Shown here piece after piece: positions 20,684 to 30,908 of a DNA stretch of 64,000 bases. Position 1 is the first letter of the stretch; each line of letters begins with the position of its first letter. Origin of the DNA: Nitrosopumilus sp. (GTDB taxonomy: Archaea; Thermoproteota; Nitrososphaeria; Nitrososphaerales; Nitrosopumilaceae); assembly GCA_965218695.1 (NCBI GenBank), contig OZ244651.1, forward strand, positions 1,440,001 to 1,504,000. The letters run 5' to 3'. The notes beneath the pieces were generated by a model. It made no database searches, was not told the origin of the DNA, and was given only the letters and a program-made list of their open reading frames with translations. The position numbers were made by a program, and so were the translations under genes.

Positions 20684-21172
20684 GCCAGGAGAGATCTATT
20701 CGGTGACTGCAGCGCTGGACCAGACGTACAATATAACGAGGAAGCAGGCATCAGACGACGCAAGGATCAGGATCGCAGGATTTGCAATCCTCGACACATT
20801 GGACGGGCTTGGGGTCTCTCCCTCCGGCATTGTCAGCACCTCCGCGTCGTCATTTGGAACCCCCGACACATTGGACGGACATGAGATTGCAGGAGTCTTT
20901 TCGGACTATCCAGTAAACTACTTTATCATAACACACTACATCCCGAGATTTGCATTATCCATGATGCCCATTATTGCCATTGCCGCAGGCATCGGGTTCT
21001 TCCTGGCGCGGAAGAGGATCCTCAAGGTCAAAGACAAGGATCGGTAGCGGATCGGCATCATGTGTCGTGCAGGCGTTGGCATAGGCGCAGTTTTAGACAC
21101 GGGTCCCCACATGGACGGTCCTGCAGATAGCCGTGTCCGGTTTTTGGAGCGGCCTGAGCGTCCCCGCGAAGA

Positions 21173-22385
21173 GGGTGTGTCCTAGAGGCATATACCCCCG
21201 GATGACAAAAGATATGGATCGGCGGATCACGGCATCGCCTAATGACTACAAAGAAACGCGACCAACGACAGTACGATTTGGTTCAGCAGTACCTGTCGGG
21301 CCTCATGCTGAATACCGTGCTGGGAATAATCAAGAATCTTGGGGATCCGTACGCCGTCAGGCCCGGTCTGGGCGGCATGACGGCATACCCGCCTGGCGCC
21401 ATGGCAGCTGTCTGCATCATGCTTGAGGCACAGCGCACGACCTACCGTAAGATGGTCGGCATCCTCCGAAACAATAGCGCCATGGCAGCCAAGATGGGCC
21501 TAGAGAAAATTCCCTCCAAGAGCACGATAGCACGCGCCTACGGCCTGATCCCGGAATGGTACCTGGCAGAGGCACACCGGATTGCCATCAGGGAGGTGGA
21601 GGCAGGCTCCCTGGCAGCAGACGGTACCGGATACTCGTACCTGCGGTTTGTCAGGTGGTTTGACGTCAGGACCGACAGTTTTCGTACCAGAAAGGGATGG
21701 GTCAAACTGCACGCAATCGTGGATATCCGCACCAGGGTGATAATCGACTGCATGGTGACTGACAGCGCAGTGGCAGACATAAACGGGCTGTACGCGATGC
21801 TCGGCAGGTTAGGCCGGGGCACCGGCGACTTTTGCCTGGATTCTGCATACCTGGCAAGGCTAATGTGCAACATGATATCTGCGATGGGAATGGTACCCCG
21901 CATCAAGCCAAAATCCAACACCATACGCAACGCCAGGGGAAGCCAGTCGTGGCGCGAGATGGTAAGCCTGTACATGGATGAACGGGACAGGTTTGACTCG
22001 GAATACCACCAGCGCAGCATCATCGAGGCAGTCTTTGCCGCCCTCAAGAAGATGTACGGGGACAGCACCAGGTGCCGAAAACACGAGAACCGGACAAGGG
22101 AGACTGCGATCCGTGTCATGTGCTACAACATCGAGCTCGTGGCCAGATTGCAGGCAAAAGACGGCAGGCTCACACAGGATCAAATCGCGACACTTGCAGC
22201 ATAGCTGGCGCGTTTCACCACGCGCTTCCTAGCGGAGCCTCCGCACCGTGTCTTGGATTTGGGGGATTTTATGGGTTGTGGAGGATCGATGGTGCGGCAC
22301 TGTTGGCGTCGACGGGTTCTGGCACCAATCGTGTCTTTGGCATTCTGGTACATGGGATGGCATTTTTTATTACTAGGACACACCC
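21173..22385 (+). mobile_element. IS5-superfamily element, intact copy
   Basis: TIRs GGGTGTGTCCTAG and CTAGGACACACCC; 9-bp TSD CCGCGAAGA. Confidence 0.95.
21242..22204 (+). CDS. IS5-family DDE transposase
   Basis: ADGTG, KLHAIVD, LDSAY, YHQRSIIEAVF. Confidence 0.93.
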   Translation: MTTKKRDQRQYDLVQQYLSGLMLNTVLGIIKNLGDPYAVRPGLGGMTAYPPGAMAAVCIMLEAQRTTYRKMVGILRNNSAMAAKMGLEKIPSKSTIARAYGLIPEWYLAEAHRIAIREVEAGSLAADGTGYSYLRFVRWFDVRTDSFRTRKGWVKLHAIVDIRTRVIIDCMVTDSAVADINGLYAMLGRLGRGTGDFCLDSAYLARLMCNMISAMGMVPRIKPKSNTIRNARGSQSWREMVSLYMDERDRFDSEYHQRSIIEAVFAALKKMYGDSTRCRKHENRTRETAIRVMCYNIELVARLQAKDGRLTQDQIATLAA

Positions 22386-22406
22386 CCGCGAAGAGATCGA
22401 TTTATT

Positions 22407-23009
22407 ATGAGCCATCCACACAGGGTGCCTGTGCAATCAGATTCCCTCAATGATATTACAGACAGCTACAAGCATTTGTCGCTTTTTTGGACCGACATCC
22501 TACACCTGATGTCAGGCAAGCCACACGCGCTTACATCCGTGGGTCCGATGAGGGCGTTTGCTACAAACTCAAAAAAGATCTCCACGGAGATGATTGAGAT
22601 TAACGAGAACCTGATGGAGTTTAACAAGTATCTTGCAGAATACTATGAACAGCTCATGGAGACGTGGAATACTGCCCAGAAGAAGGTCAACCAGAATGCA
22701 TTAAGGATTCCCCAGGATGCAGAACATGCAGATACCCTCAAAAGGGCATGGATAAACATCTTTGACAATGACTTTACGGAGCTGTTTGATTCTGCAAAAT
22801 TCGGGGAAAATTACGGGATGCTAGTCTCCAAGGAGCTCGAGCTGGCAAAGCACTGGAATGCCATTGTCAGCACCATCCTAAAGTCTGCAAACATTCCAAG
22901 CAAGGAGGAGATGGACGAGGTATACAAGGAGGTTCACTCTCTTAAAAAACGGATTAGCAGGCTAGAGATGGACCTAAAGAAGGCGGGGATGAGAAAAAAT
23001 GCAAAGTAA
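22407..23009 (+). CDS. phaE: Polyhydroxyalkanoate synthase subunit PhaE
   Basis: WINIFDNDF...F, P SKEEMDEVYKEVHSLKK coiled coil; overlaps the phaC start. The true start may be GTG 22431. Confidence 0.82.
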   Translation: MSHPHRVPVQSDSLNDITDSYKHLSLFWTDILHLMSGKPHALTSVGPMRAFATNSKKISTEMIEINENLMEFNKYLAEYYEQLMETWNTAQKKVNQNALRIPQDAEHADTLKRAWINIFDNDFTELFDSAKFGENYGMLVSKELELAKHWNAIVSTILKSANIPSKEEMDEVYKEVHSLKKRISRLEMDLKKAGMRKNAK

Positions 23010-24063
23010 TCCCAGGCTGGATCCCAAAATAATAGAGGAGATGATCAGGTTCGGCGAGAACGTGGTCAAGGCGCCAAGGATGGTTGCAGCGCCAGACGAG
23101 ATCAACATGGAGGTAACCCCGCACAGCATAGTACAGAAGATTGACAAGACAAGACTGTTGCGCTACAAGCCCCTGACAGACAGGCAGCACAGGACGCCGT
23201 TGCTCATATCGTATGCCCTGATCAACAGGTTCCACATACTGGACATCCACCCCGAAAAGAGCTGGATACGAAACCTGCTGCTGCAGGGGTTTGACGTATA
23301 CGTGCTGGACTGGGGGACGCCGACCAGCATGGACAAGTACCTTGATTTTGACGACTATGTAAACGGGTATCTGGATTACTACGTAGAGTACATCAAAAAC
23401 GAGTCAGCAGTTGAAAAGATCTCCCTTCAGGGGTATTGCACCGGTGCCACCATCACTACGGTATACACAGCATTGCACCCGGAGAATGTAAAGAACTACA
23501 TATCAACGGCTCCGGTCATCGACGGATGGCACGATACGACTGTAATCAGCAATCTTGCAAAGCACATGGATGTGGACAAGATGGTAGAGACGATCGGAAA
23601 CATGCCTCCGGAGTTCATGTACTACTGCTTTTCGGTACTCAAGCCGTTTGAGCAGGGACTGGAAAAATATGTCAACTTTTTCAAAAACATAGACAACAAA
23701 AAATTTGTCGACAGCTTTCTCAGAATTGAGAGGTGGCTAAGCGACACGCCGCCGATTCCAGGCGAGCTGTTCAGGCAGTGGATCAAGAACATCTACCAGG
23801 ACAACCTGCTAATCCAGAACAAGATGTACGTGGGTGGAAACCACGTAAATCTGAAGAACATAGACATGCCGGCATTCACCCAGATAGCAGTCGGGGATCA
23901 TCTGGTGTCCCCCGAGTGCAGCATGCCGTTGCATTACGCCATCGGAAGCCAGGACAAGACAATGAGGATATACCCGTCAGGCCACGTTGGAATGATCGCC
24001 AGCTCCCTGTCGCAAAGAAGGGTGCTGCCTGAGCTAGGGCAGTGGCTTACCGAGAGATCATAG
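22999..24063 (+). CDS. phaC: Class III polyhydroxyalkanoate synthase PhaC
   Basis: TPLLISYALINR..ILD, lipase-like box GYCTG, DHLV, GHVG. Confidence 0.95.
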   Translation: MQSNPRLDPKIIEEMIRFGENVVKAPRMVAAPDEINMEVTPHSIVQKIDKTRLLRYKPLTDRQHRTPLLISYALINRFHILDIHPEKSWIRNLLLQGFDVYVLDWGTPTSMDKYLDFDDYVNGYLDYYVEYIKNESAVEKISLQGYCTGATITTVYTALHPENVKNYISTAPVIDGWHDTTVISNLAKHMDVDKMVETIGNMPPEFMYYCFSVLKPFEQGLEKYVNFFKNIDNKKFVDSFLRIERWLSDTPPIPGELFRQWIKNIYQDNLLIQNKMYVGGNHVNLKNIDMPAFTQIAVGDHLVSPECSMPLHYAIGSQDKTMRIYPSGHVGMIASSLSQRRVLPELGQWLTERS

Positions 24064-24281
24064 GCTGCATGCACGGCAGTCCGCAGAATCACGACTGCGC
24101 CTCAGGTGCGGCGTGATTCGCCTCCAGAAAGTGCGTGCCGAGACCCGGCAGTCCCATTATTCCCGAAGGGATTGGACAGGAATCAAGCCAAGGCAGACAA
24201 GCGGGGCGCCAGAAAAGAACAGCAGCCCGCACACCATCTTCATAACGACAGACATATTATGTATTCAATAAAAATTACGGT

Positions 24282-24701
24282 ATGAAGGATGTTACCAAGT
24301 TGCTGGTTCCTCTTGACGGATCAGAAAACTCCATGAGGGGCCTAGAGATGGCAATTGTTCTTGCCAAACAGTGCAACGCATCCATTACATCGGTGCATTC
24401 CATACACACCCAGGCACACTCGTCGTTTCAAAGCATGCACGTAGACACCGAGAATACAGACGAGTACATACAGGAGGTGATGGAGAAGGCCAGGCATGCT
24501 GCGACAGAGAATGGGGTCGAGTTTGACTACAAAGTGATGAACGGCGATATAGGATACAACATAATCAAGTTTGCCCAGGAGAATGCCTTTGATATGATCG
24601 TAATGGGTTCGCGTGGGAGGCACGGCATAAAGATGCTGTTTGGAAGCGTGACAAACTCTGTTCTGCAGTCCTCAAAGATTCCTGTACTTGTCGTAAAGTA
24701 G
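24282..24701 (+). CDS. Universal stress protein
   Basis: LVPLDGSE, IVMGSRG, FGSVT, PVLVVK. Confidence 0.93.
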   Translation: MKDVTKLLVPLDGSENSMRGLEMAIVLAKQCNASITSVHSIHTQAHSSFQSMHVDTENTDEYIQEVMEKARHAATENGVEFDYKVMNGDIGYNIIKFAQENAFDMIVMGSRGRHGIKMLFGSVTNSVLQSSKIPVLVVK

Positions 24702-24703
24702 TT

Positions 24704-25177
24704 TTACGGCAGTCCGTGTTTTTTAAAATATTTTTGATGGTACTCCTCTGCACGATAAAACACAGGCGCCGGCACGATCGTAGTCACGATGGGTCGGTTG
24801 TACCGTTTCGATCCATCCAGTCGTAGTTTGGACGTCTCTGCTGCATCCTTTTGTTCCTGATTGTGATAGAATATTGCCGAACGGTACTGGATGCCGACGT
24901 CAGGTCCCTGCCGGTTTAGGGTGGTCGGATTGTGGTTGTTCCAGAATATATCAAGAAGATCATCATAGGAGAGGACCTCCGGGTCGTAGTCGACCTCCAC
25001 GGCCTCTGCATGTCCTGTCCTGTCGGTGCACACCTCCTCGTATGTGGGGTTCGGTATGCTGCCGCCGGTATACCCGGCAGCAGTGGATCTCACTCCGGGT
25101 GTCTTGCCAAACAGATCCTCCACATGCCAGAAGCATCCTGCGCCAAACGTAGCCTTCAAGTTGGCAGGTATTGGCAT
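24704..25177 (-). CDS. msrA: Peptide methionine sulfoxide reductase A
   Basis: GCFW, GHAE, QYRS, AEEYHQ. Confidence 0.96.
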   Translation of the reverse strand: MPIPANLKATFGAGCFWHVEDLFGKTPGVRSTAAGYTGGSIPNPTYEEVCTDRTGHAEAVEVDYDPEVLSYDDLLDIFWNNHNPTTLNRQGPDVGIQYRSAIFYHNQEQKDAAETSKLRLDGSKRYNRPIVTTIVPAPVFYRAEEYHQKYFKKHGLP

Positions 25178-25369
25178 CTGTCAAATTAAAACCATGCCAT
25201 TGAACGTGCTCCTCTTCATCATCATCATCATCCTCCTCCTATATGGGACTTGATGGGGCATCCAAAGGGATCCGCCGGCAGCGTCCCGGGCATGAAGAAT
25301 ATAAAAAATATCAGGCGACCGCCGCCGCGAGGCTGCCCGGCCGCCGGATTATAAAAAATCAGATTATAG

Positions 25370-25795
25370 TTATTTGGTCTTTTGTGCGAATATAGAAACC
25401 CATGACTGGAAGATGTTCTTGGTTAGATCAACGAATGATTTTGTGTTGTCGTTGAATGTCTTGATGTTTCTCTGTGCTGCATCAATGGTTGCAAGTGTAA
25501 TCTGGTTCTGGGTTGCTGCAGTCTTGATTACCTCGTTGGTGGCACTCTGGATTGTCTTAAGTGTGATTTCAGGAATCGTGGTTGCAAGTCCGGTCTTGAC
25601 TACGTATGCCTTCTGCAGTTCAATAGCTGAACCTGTAATGCTCTCGTATGCCTGAATGTACTCCTGCTGCATGTTGGTGACTGCCTGGTGGTACTGTGGT
25701 ACTGACTGTCTGATGCTGGTAAAGATTTTGTTCGTGTTATTCTGATACATGGAAAATAGATCCTTTGGGTGTTCTGTCTGTTCTGTCTTACTCAT
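25370..25795 (-). CDS. Helical Gln/Thr-rich protein, candidate phasin
   Basis: Amphipathic and low in charge; coupled to the AbrB-like gene and near phaEC. Confidence 0.6.
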   Translation of the reverse strand: MSKTEQTEHPKDLFSMYQNNTNKIFTSIRQSVPQYHQAVTNMQQEYIQAYESITGSAIELQKAYVVKTGLATTIPEITLKTIQSATNEVIKTAATQNQITLATIDAAQRNIKTFNDNTKSFVDLTKNIFQSWVSIFAQKTK

Positions 25796-26217
25796 TTTTT
25801 CACCTCCTCATTATTTGATTTTTTTGCTATTGGCAGTACAATTACTTGAACCAAGTCACCGTCCGAAAGGCCAAGCGCGTTGCGCTCAGCTTCCGGAATT
25901 GAGATCCTGCCGTTGCTGCTGATGGTCGTCTTGTATGCACCCCAGTTCATAAAGCACGAAAACATCTGTCCGATGTTAAACATCGTGTCCATGCCTTTGT
26001 TCTGCATCGAGTACATGCTCTGCATCAGGTTTGACTGGGTCTGTTTGGCGTTATCAGATACTTCTTTCAGCGTTGTCAGGGGGTTGAATGTCTGGCTGTT
26101 TTGATTTGTCATCAGAGAGCCAAAGTTCTTCACGAACTCGGCTTGCGCGTTGCCGCTCTTTTGAATCCAATCCCTAAACATCCGTGTTGGGTCGTATTGG
26201 TTCTCATTACCGCTCAT
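25792..26217 (-). CDS. AbrB-domain regulator, candidate PhaR
   Basis: C-terminal NGRISIPEAERNALGLSDGDLVQV AbrB motif. Confidence 0.8.
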   Translation of the reverse strand: MSGNENQYDPTRMFRDWIQKSGNAQAEFVKNFGSLMTNQNSQTFNPLTTLKEVSDNAKQTQSNLMQSMYSMQNKGMDTMFNIGQMFSCFMNWGAYKTTISSNGRISIPEAERNALGLSDGDLVQVIVLPIAKKSNNEEVKK

Positions 26218-26332
26218 TGGTAATGTATGGAATCAGGAGGTATTTAAACCGATCTGTTTCCTCAATTCCAGACCATGACACCGTCATGTACTGACATGGC
26301 AGCCACAGGCCAGATGCGTTGTACATGAGTTC

Positions 26333-27142
26333 TCAGGCATCATCTCCGTCAAAAAATTTGAGGATAGATGCTACAAAGGCGTCAGGGTCATGCACGTATG
26401 GGGTGTGGCCGGATCCTTCCATTACATGAAGCCGGCAGTTTGGAATTGCGGAGGTAAAATTATCTGCGAATTTGAGCGGGATTACCGGATCATTAGCACC
26501 CCAGACCAGCATTGTGGGAACGGAGATCGTCTCCAAGTCCGAATGAGCCAGTTTTGAGTTCTGCAGTCCCAACAGGGCAGACATGAAGGCAAACTTGGAG
26601 TTGTGTATCATCATTCTAGAGACAAAGCCATCAACGATGTCCTGATCGGCATGGGCGTCAGAACCACCCATCATCGCAAATGCCCTTGTGGCATTGTCAC
26701 GGTTTGGGTATAATGCAGCCATGACGTATGCATCCAGGGCGACAGTGGATCTCTTCATAAAGCCTGCAGGCGATACAAGCACAAGCTTTTCAATGTTTTT
26801 GGGATTGGATATGCTATGGACCGCGGCGATCTGCCCCCCCATTGAAGAGCCAATCATGTATAGATTGGAGATGCCGATGCGTGCGAAAAAATCATTCAAA
26901 AAACCTGAAAAAAAGTCAAGCGTGTAATCCAAGGAGGGCCTGTCGCTGTATCCGGATCCAAGAAGATCAGGGGCCACCACGCGGAAGGCCCTTGCAAAGA
27001 GAGGGATTACACGGCTCCACCTGTCAGCAGAAGCGCCTAGGCCGTGCACCAGAACTAGGACTTTTTTGGAACTGCCTGATTCCAGATAGCGTATCCTGTG
27101 CCCGCCTACAGTGACGAATTTTTCCTTCACTATTCCTAACAT
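26333..27142 (-). CDS. Alpha/beta hydrolase
   Basis: HGLG, GSSMGG, DPVIP and GHTP catalytic-triad motifs. Confidence 0.9.
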   Translation of the reverse strand: MLGIVKEKFVTVGGHRIRYLESGSSKKVLVLVHGLGASADRWSRVIPLFARAFRVVAPDLLGSGYSDRPSLDYTLDFFSGFLNDFFARIGISNLYMIGSSMGGQIAAVHSISNPKNIEKLVLVSPAGFMKRSTVALDAYVMAALYPNRDNATRAFAMMGGSDAHADQDIVDGFVSRMMIHNSKFAFMSALLGLQNSKLAHSDLETISVPTMLVWGANDPVIPLKFADNFTSAIPNCRLHVMEGSGHTPYVHDPDAFVASILKFFDGDDA

Positions 27143-27177
27143 CGTACTTCATAACTAGATAAATCTTGATCCATATA

Positions 27178-27299
27178 CAGATGACCCAGATGTGGCTAAT
27201 TCTGACGAACTTTCAAGACCACGGAGTCTCTTGCTAGGCTTCACGTCGCCTGAGTCACCGCCCGATCCTGCCGCGCCGTGATCACATCTGGGTTGTCTG
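27178..27299 (-). mobile_element. MITE copy B (ISH3-like ends)
   Basis: TIRs CAGATGACCCAGATGTG and CACATCTGGGTTGTCTG; homologous along its length to 62464-62595. Confidence 0.8.
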
Positions 27300-27481
27300 G
27301 TATCGGTTTGTGGTGGCATGCAGGGGACTTTCAGTCAGGTATCGTTTATGGTACAAACGGGCATGGTTGCGCACGGTCGTGCCTGCTGCAAGCAGGATGC
27401 GGCGACATCATGCCATGGCAAACCAGGCGCAGAGACAATGCCTCAAGGACAGAGATTAATAGTCATTGGGCTTGAACAAGG

Positions 27482-28345
27482 TTGAAGATATTTTTGGTCT
27501 CAATAAATCCTCTTGATGTCTTTCTATGGACCCTACGTAGGAATGAAAGGGATGTCATAAACCTCTATGACGTGCTGTCGCCCATGATGCAGATTGCCAC
27601 GGGGGGAGACATGCTTAACTTTGGGTACTGGGATGACAGGCACCCGGATCCGGTCTCGGCACAGAGAAACCTGTGCAGGCATGTTGCCGTGATGGCAGAG
27701 ATGGAGCGTGCCAGAACTGTCCTTGATGTTGGAAGCGGATTGGCTGCCCCGGCTTCATACTGGAAGGAGGCGTATGAAGGGTTACAGATATGCTGCATAA
27801 ACATCAACTATTCCCAGCTGCGCATGGGTCTGCGCCCGAATCTCAGATGTGTCAATGCATCATCTACCAGACTGCCATTCAGGAATGACTCCGTGGATAG
27901 GATCATAGCCCTGGAATCTGCACAGCATTTCAGGCCGTTTTCGGATTTTATAACACACGCCGGCAGGATTCTGTCGGATTCCGGGCTGCTTGTGCTGGCA
28001 GTTCCCGTAACAATGGGCAGGCAGTCGGCCATGAAGCTGGGAATCCTGAAATTTACATGGTCGTCAGAGCATTATTCCCTGGAGCAGATCCGGAAAGATG
28101 TGACATCCGGGGGATTTGTGGTGGATAAGGAAGAGATGATAGGCCGGTCAGTGTATGATCCGCTTGCCGATTATTACATCAAAAACCGCAGCATGCTAAG
28201 GGAGACCATACTGCAGCAGTATCCGTCATATGCCGAGACGGTTCTCTTCAAATCAGTACAAAAGATGAAAAAGGCATCAGAGGACGGAGTGATTGATTAT
28301 GTGCTGTTGAAGTGCCATTTGCGGGACATCAGTCATGATGCATGA
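27482..28345 (+). CDS. Class I SAM-dependent methyltransferase
   Basis: LNFGYW, VLDVGSG, LPF, ESAQHF. Confidence 0.88.
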   Translation: MKIFLVSINPLDVFLWTLRRNERDVINLYDVLSPMMQIATGGDMLNFGYWDDRHPDPVSAQRNLCRHVAVMAEMERARTVLDVGSGLAAPASYWKEAYEGLQICCININYSQLRMGLRPNLRCVNASSTRLPFRNDSVDRIIALESAQHFRPFSDFITHAGRILSDSGLLVLAVPVTMGRQSAMKLGILKFTWSSEHYSLEQIRKDVTSGGFVVDKEEMIGRSVYDPLADYYIKNRSMLRETILQQYPSYAETVLFKSVQKMKKASEDGVIDYVLLKCHLRDISHDA

Positions 28346-28422
28346 AGACGGTGCAACGAAGGGCACGGCTCTATTTTACATCATGCGGCTACCTTGACAG
28401 AATGCACAGGTAGCCCGGGGGA

Positions 28423-29331
28423 TCACCGGAGTATCTTTCGGAGCCCTGCACACCGGTTTCTTATGGTAACCTCGGTGACTCCGGATGCAATTGATATGTC
28501 CTTTTGGGACTTGGTCTCGCCGGTACTGTTGCACGCAAGGTATAATGCAGCAGCTGCCATTCCCATCGGATCCTTGCCTGCCACCATGCCCACTTTTTTG
28601 GCCTCGTTTAGGATCGAGACTGCCTTGCGCTTGCTTTTTTCTGTCAGTTCGGCAACACTTGCAATTCTTGCAATTCCCCTCACGGGATCGACTACGGGCA
28701 TCTTCAGATCGAGTTCCCTAAAGATCAGCCGGTAGCACCTTGCAACGTCCTTTCTTCTGATGTTGATTCCGTTTGCAATATCATCCAGCGTCCTTGGCGT
28801 CTCGGTGTTTCGGCATGAGGCATAAATGCATGCTGCAACAAGTCCCTGAATGGAGCGGCCCCGGACCAGTTTTTTTTCCATGGCCTTTCTGTAAATGTAT
28901 GCGGCCTTTTCCACAACCACATCGGTTAATGCAATCTTGTCCTTTAGCTTGTCCATCTCATTGAGGGCATGGCGCAGGTTTCGGTCTGCAGACGTATGCG
29001 CTTGCGTCCTGCTATCCCAGGTTCTCAGCCTCTCAATGGTGGTCTTTACACTGGCAGACAGGGGCTTTCCGGTAGAGTCCTTGTTGGCCACGCCGATAAT
29101 AGTTGACAGCCCCATATCGTGCATCTTCAATGACGAACCGGCTCCAACGCGCGTCCTGCTGACATCGTCGCTTGAAAATGAGCGCCACTCGGCACCGGTA
29201 TCAATAATCTTGTCGGTGACAACGATTCCACATCTTCCACAAAACATCTCTCCGGTATTGTCGTCGGTAACGATCCTCTTGTTGCCGCATGCGGGGCACC
29301 GCGATCCAGAGATCATGGAGTTTACAAGCAT
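28423..29331 (-). CDS. tfb: Transcription initiation factor IIB
   Basis: Zn ribbon CPAC...CGRC, EWRSF, two cyclin repeats, VTEVTIRNR. Confidence 0.96.
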   Translation of the reverse strand: MLVNSMISGSRCPACGNKRIVTDDNTGEMFCGRCGIVVTDKIIDTGAEWRSFSSDDVSRTRVGAGSSLKMHDMGLSTIIGVANKDSTGKPLSASVKTTIERLRTWDSRTQAHTSADRNLRHALNEMDKLKDKIALTDVVVEKAAYIYRKAMEKKLVRGRSIQGLVAACIYASCRNTETPRTLDDIANGINIRRKDVARCYRLIFRELDLKMPVVDPVRGIARIASVAELTEKSKRKAVSILNEAKKVGMVAGKDPMGMAAAALYLACNSTGETKSQKDISIASGVTEVTIRNRCAGLRKILR

Positions 29332-29520
29332 GGCATTCTGAGCCCCTATTCCTTATTATCAGTTTTACACACTTTCTAAAGGTTAACTGTGTGTAGGTTA
29401 AGCTAAGCGGCCGCATCCGTGGCATGCCCGCAAATGCAGTTGCAGGAATGCGCATGCAGGTGCAGGCATCAAAGCCAAGCGGCACGGTGTTTTATTGCCG
29501 GGGATTACACGTAAGAATAG

Positions 29521-29703
29521 TCAGGCCTTGCAGTCGTCACACGCGACGTCGTTAAAGCACCTGCAGCAAAATACTCTGCCGCAATCCTGGCATTTCAGGC
29601 CGTCGCGGTAAATTCCGCACCAGCTGCACCACAGGTTTCCGCATTCGCTGCATTTGCCGGAATCTACTTCCGCCAGTGCATGGCCGCAGGTATGGCATTC
29701 CAT
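29521..29703 (-). CDS. Small Cys-rich (multi-CxxC) protein
   Basis: 60 aa with seven CxxC pairs. Confidence 0.65.
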   Translation of the reverse strand: MECHTCGHALAEVDSGKCSECGNLWCSWCGIYRDGLKCQDCGRVFCCRCFNDVACDDCKA

Positions 29704-30908
29704 GAAATAACAACGCGCACTTTCTAGAAAAGGTTATTCATGTTCTTCCAAGAATTTGCAAGTGCCGCAGTAGCGCCAGCTGCGAAATGCTGACACGATC
29801 CCGGCCTGTCGCGTAGCCGGCTCCGACCGGTATTTGTCTTGCCCCGGTCGGTCCAATGAATTGTGCGGTGACAGGCATCTTAAAGCGTCAAAAAAGTTCT
29901 GTGAACTTGCCAAAATACTTAATTTGGTCATGGAGTATGTCATTTTTTGCAAAATTCGCCGTAATGGTGGATTCTCTGTAACCTCGAGGCGATACGAGGA
30001 GTTGGCAGCAGGTACATGGCGAATTTATTCGCCCCAAAATCTAGAATAATATGCGCAGTCTTGCGGCACTTCGATGTGCCCGGGAAATTTTACTTGACGG
30101 GCGCGTCTTGCCACGCTTTGATCCAAATGTTGATGATTTAGACGGTTGTATGCTCCGGCCGATTTTCAGGCATTGAGCGTGTCCTGAATCTGCATTACGG
30201 CGTATTTGTATTATTTTAGAAAAATGGCCGATTACGCACAAGATCTGACAGGCTGCTGCATCAGGGCTGCTGTTCGGGCGGGTTCGCAGTCAGGCTGTTT
30301 TCTTCTGCGACGCTTTCGGGATCCGCTGCATCCGGGATGCCGCGCAGGAGCGTCCTGGTTCTTCTTGCAGTCCAGCATGCGGCAAGGACGGGGGCCGGCG
30401 CGTACACCCCTGCCATTGCCAGCATCGTCACCGCCCCGATGGTCACGACGGATGCCTTGGAGTCGGGGTCCGCTGCAGACATGATCCCCAGAATGTAGAG
30501 GGCCGGCGTAATGGTGGTTCTGATGATCCCGCGAAGCTCGATGTTGTTTGAGGTCGCATACCCCATCACGTTGCGCAGTTCGGCGCTAGAGTACGTACCC
30601 ACCACCGAGTCTATTCAGTGCGCCTTGATCGCGGCAAGCTTCTCTAGGGCGCTGGCAGGGCTTGTCGCGCTGTCCTCCACCACGATCTCGAGTTCCCATC
30701 CGGCTCCCCCCTCCTGCAGGTACCGGTTTATTTCAGACTCTGCAACATCCAAGGTAACACGTATGTCCTGGCCGTGGAGGGAACCGTCGTCCGTGATGGG
30801 CACGAGTGCGCCTATCTGGACCGTCCCCTCTAGGTGCGGGAAGGTCTGACTGTCAGTCTGGCCATCGCGACAGTGCCGGGGGCGGCAAGCAAACATGCTG
30901 CGGCAATG

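Larger units (their letters stand above)
18223..21047 (+). pseudogene. Secreted/membrane-anchored surface protein interrupted by IS66
   Basis: N-terminal signal peptide and C-terminal TM with a basic tail. Removing the IS and one TSD gives in-frame ...SDTRPG-EIYSVTAALDQ..., joining ORFs 18223 and 20703. Confidence 0.85.

Noticed and set aside
25212-25240. (CAT)n/(CCT)n microsatellite, also (TAG)n at ~63128-63146
   Set aside because: Short intergenic low-complexity runs with no supportable function.
29734-30241. Short ORFs in the stretch between the Cys-rich gene and the pseudogene
   Set aside because: No recognisable motifs, repeats or consistent coding strand.
30615-30617. In-frame TGA as selenocysteine
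   Set aside because: The gene has other lesions and the position fits a GGA-to-TGA mutation, not a Cys site.
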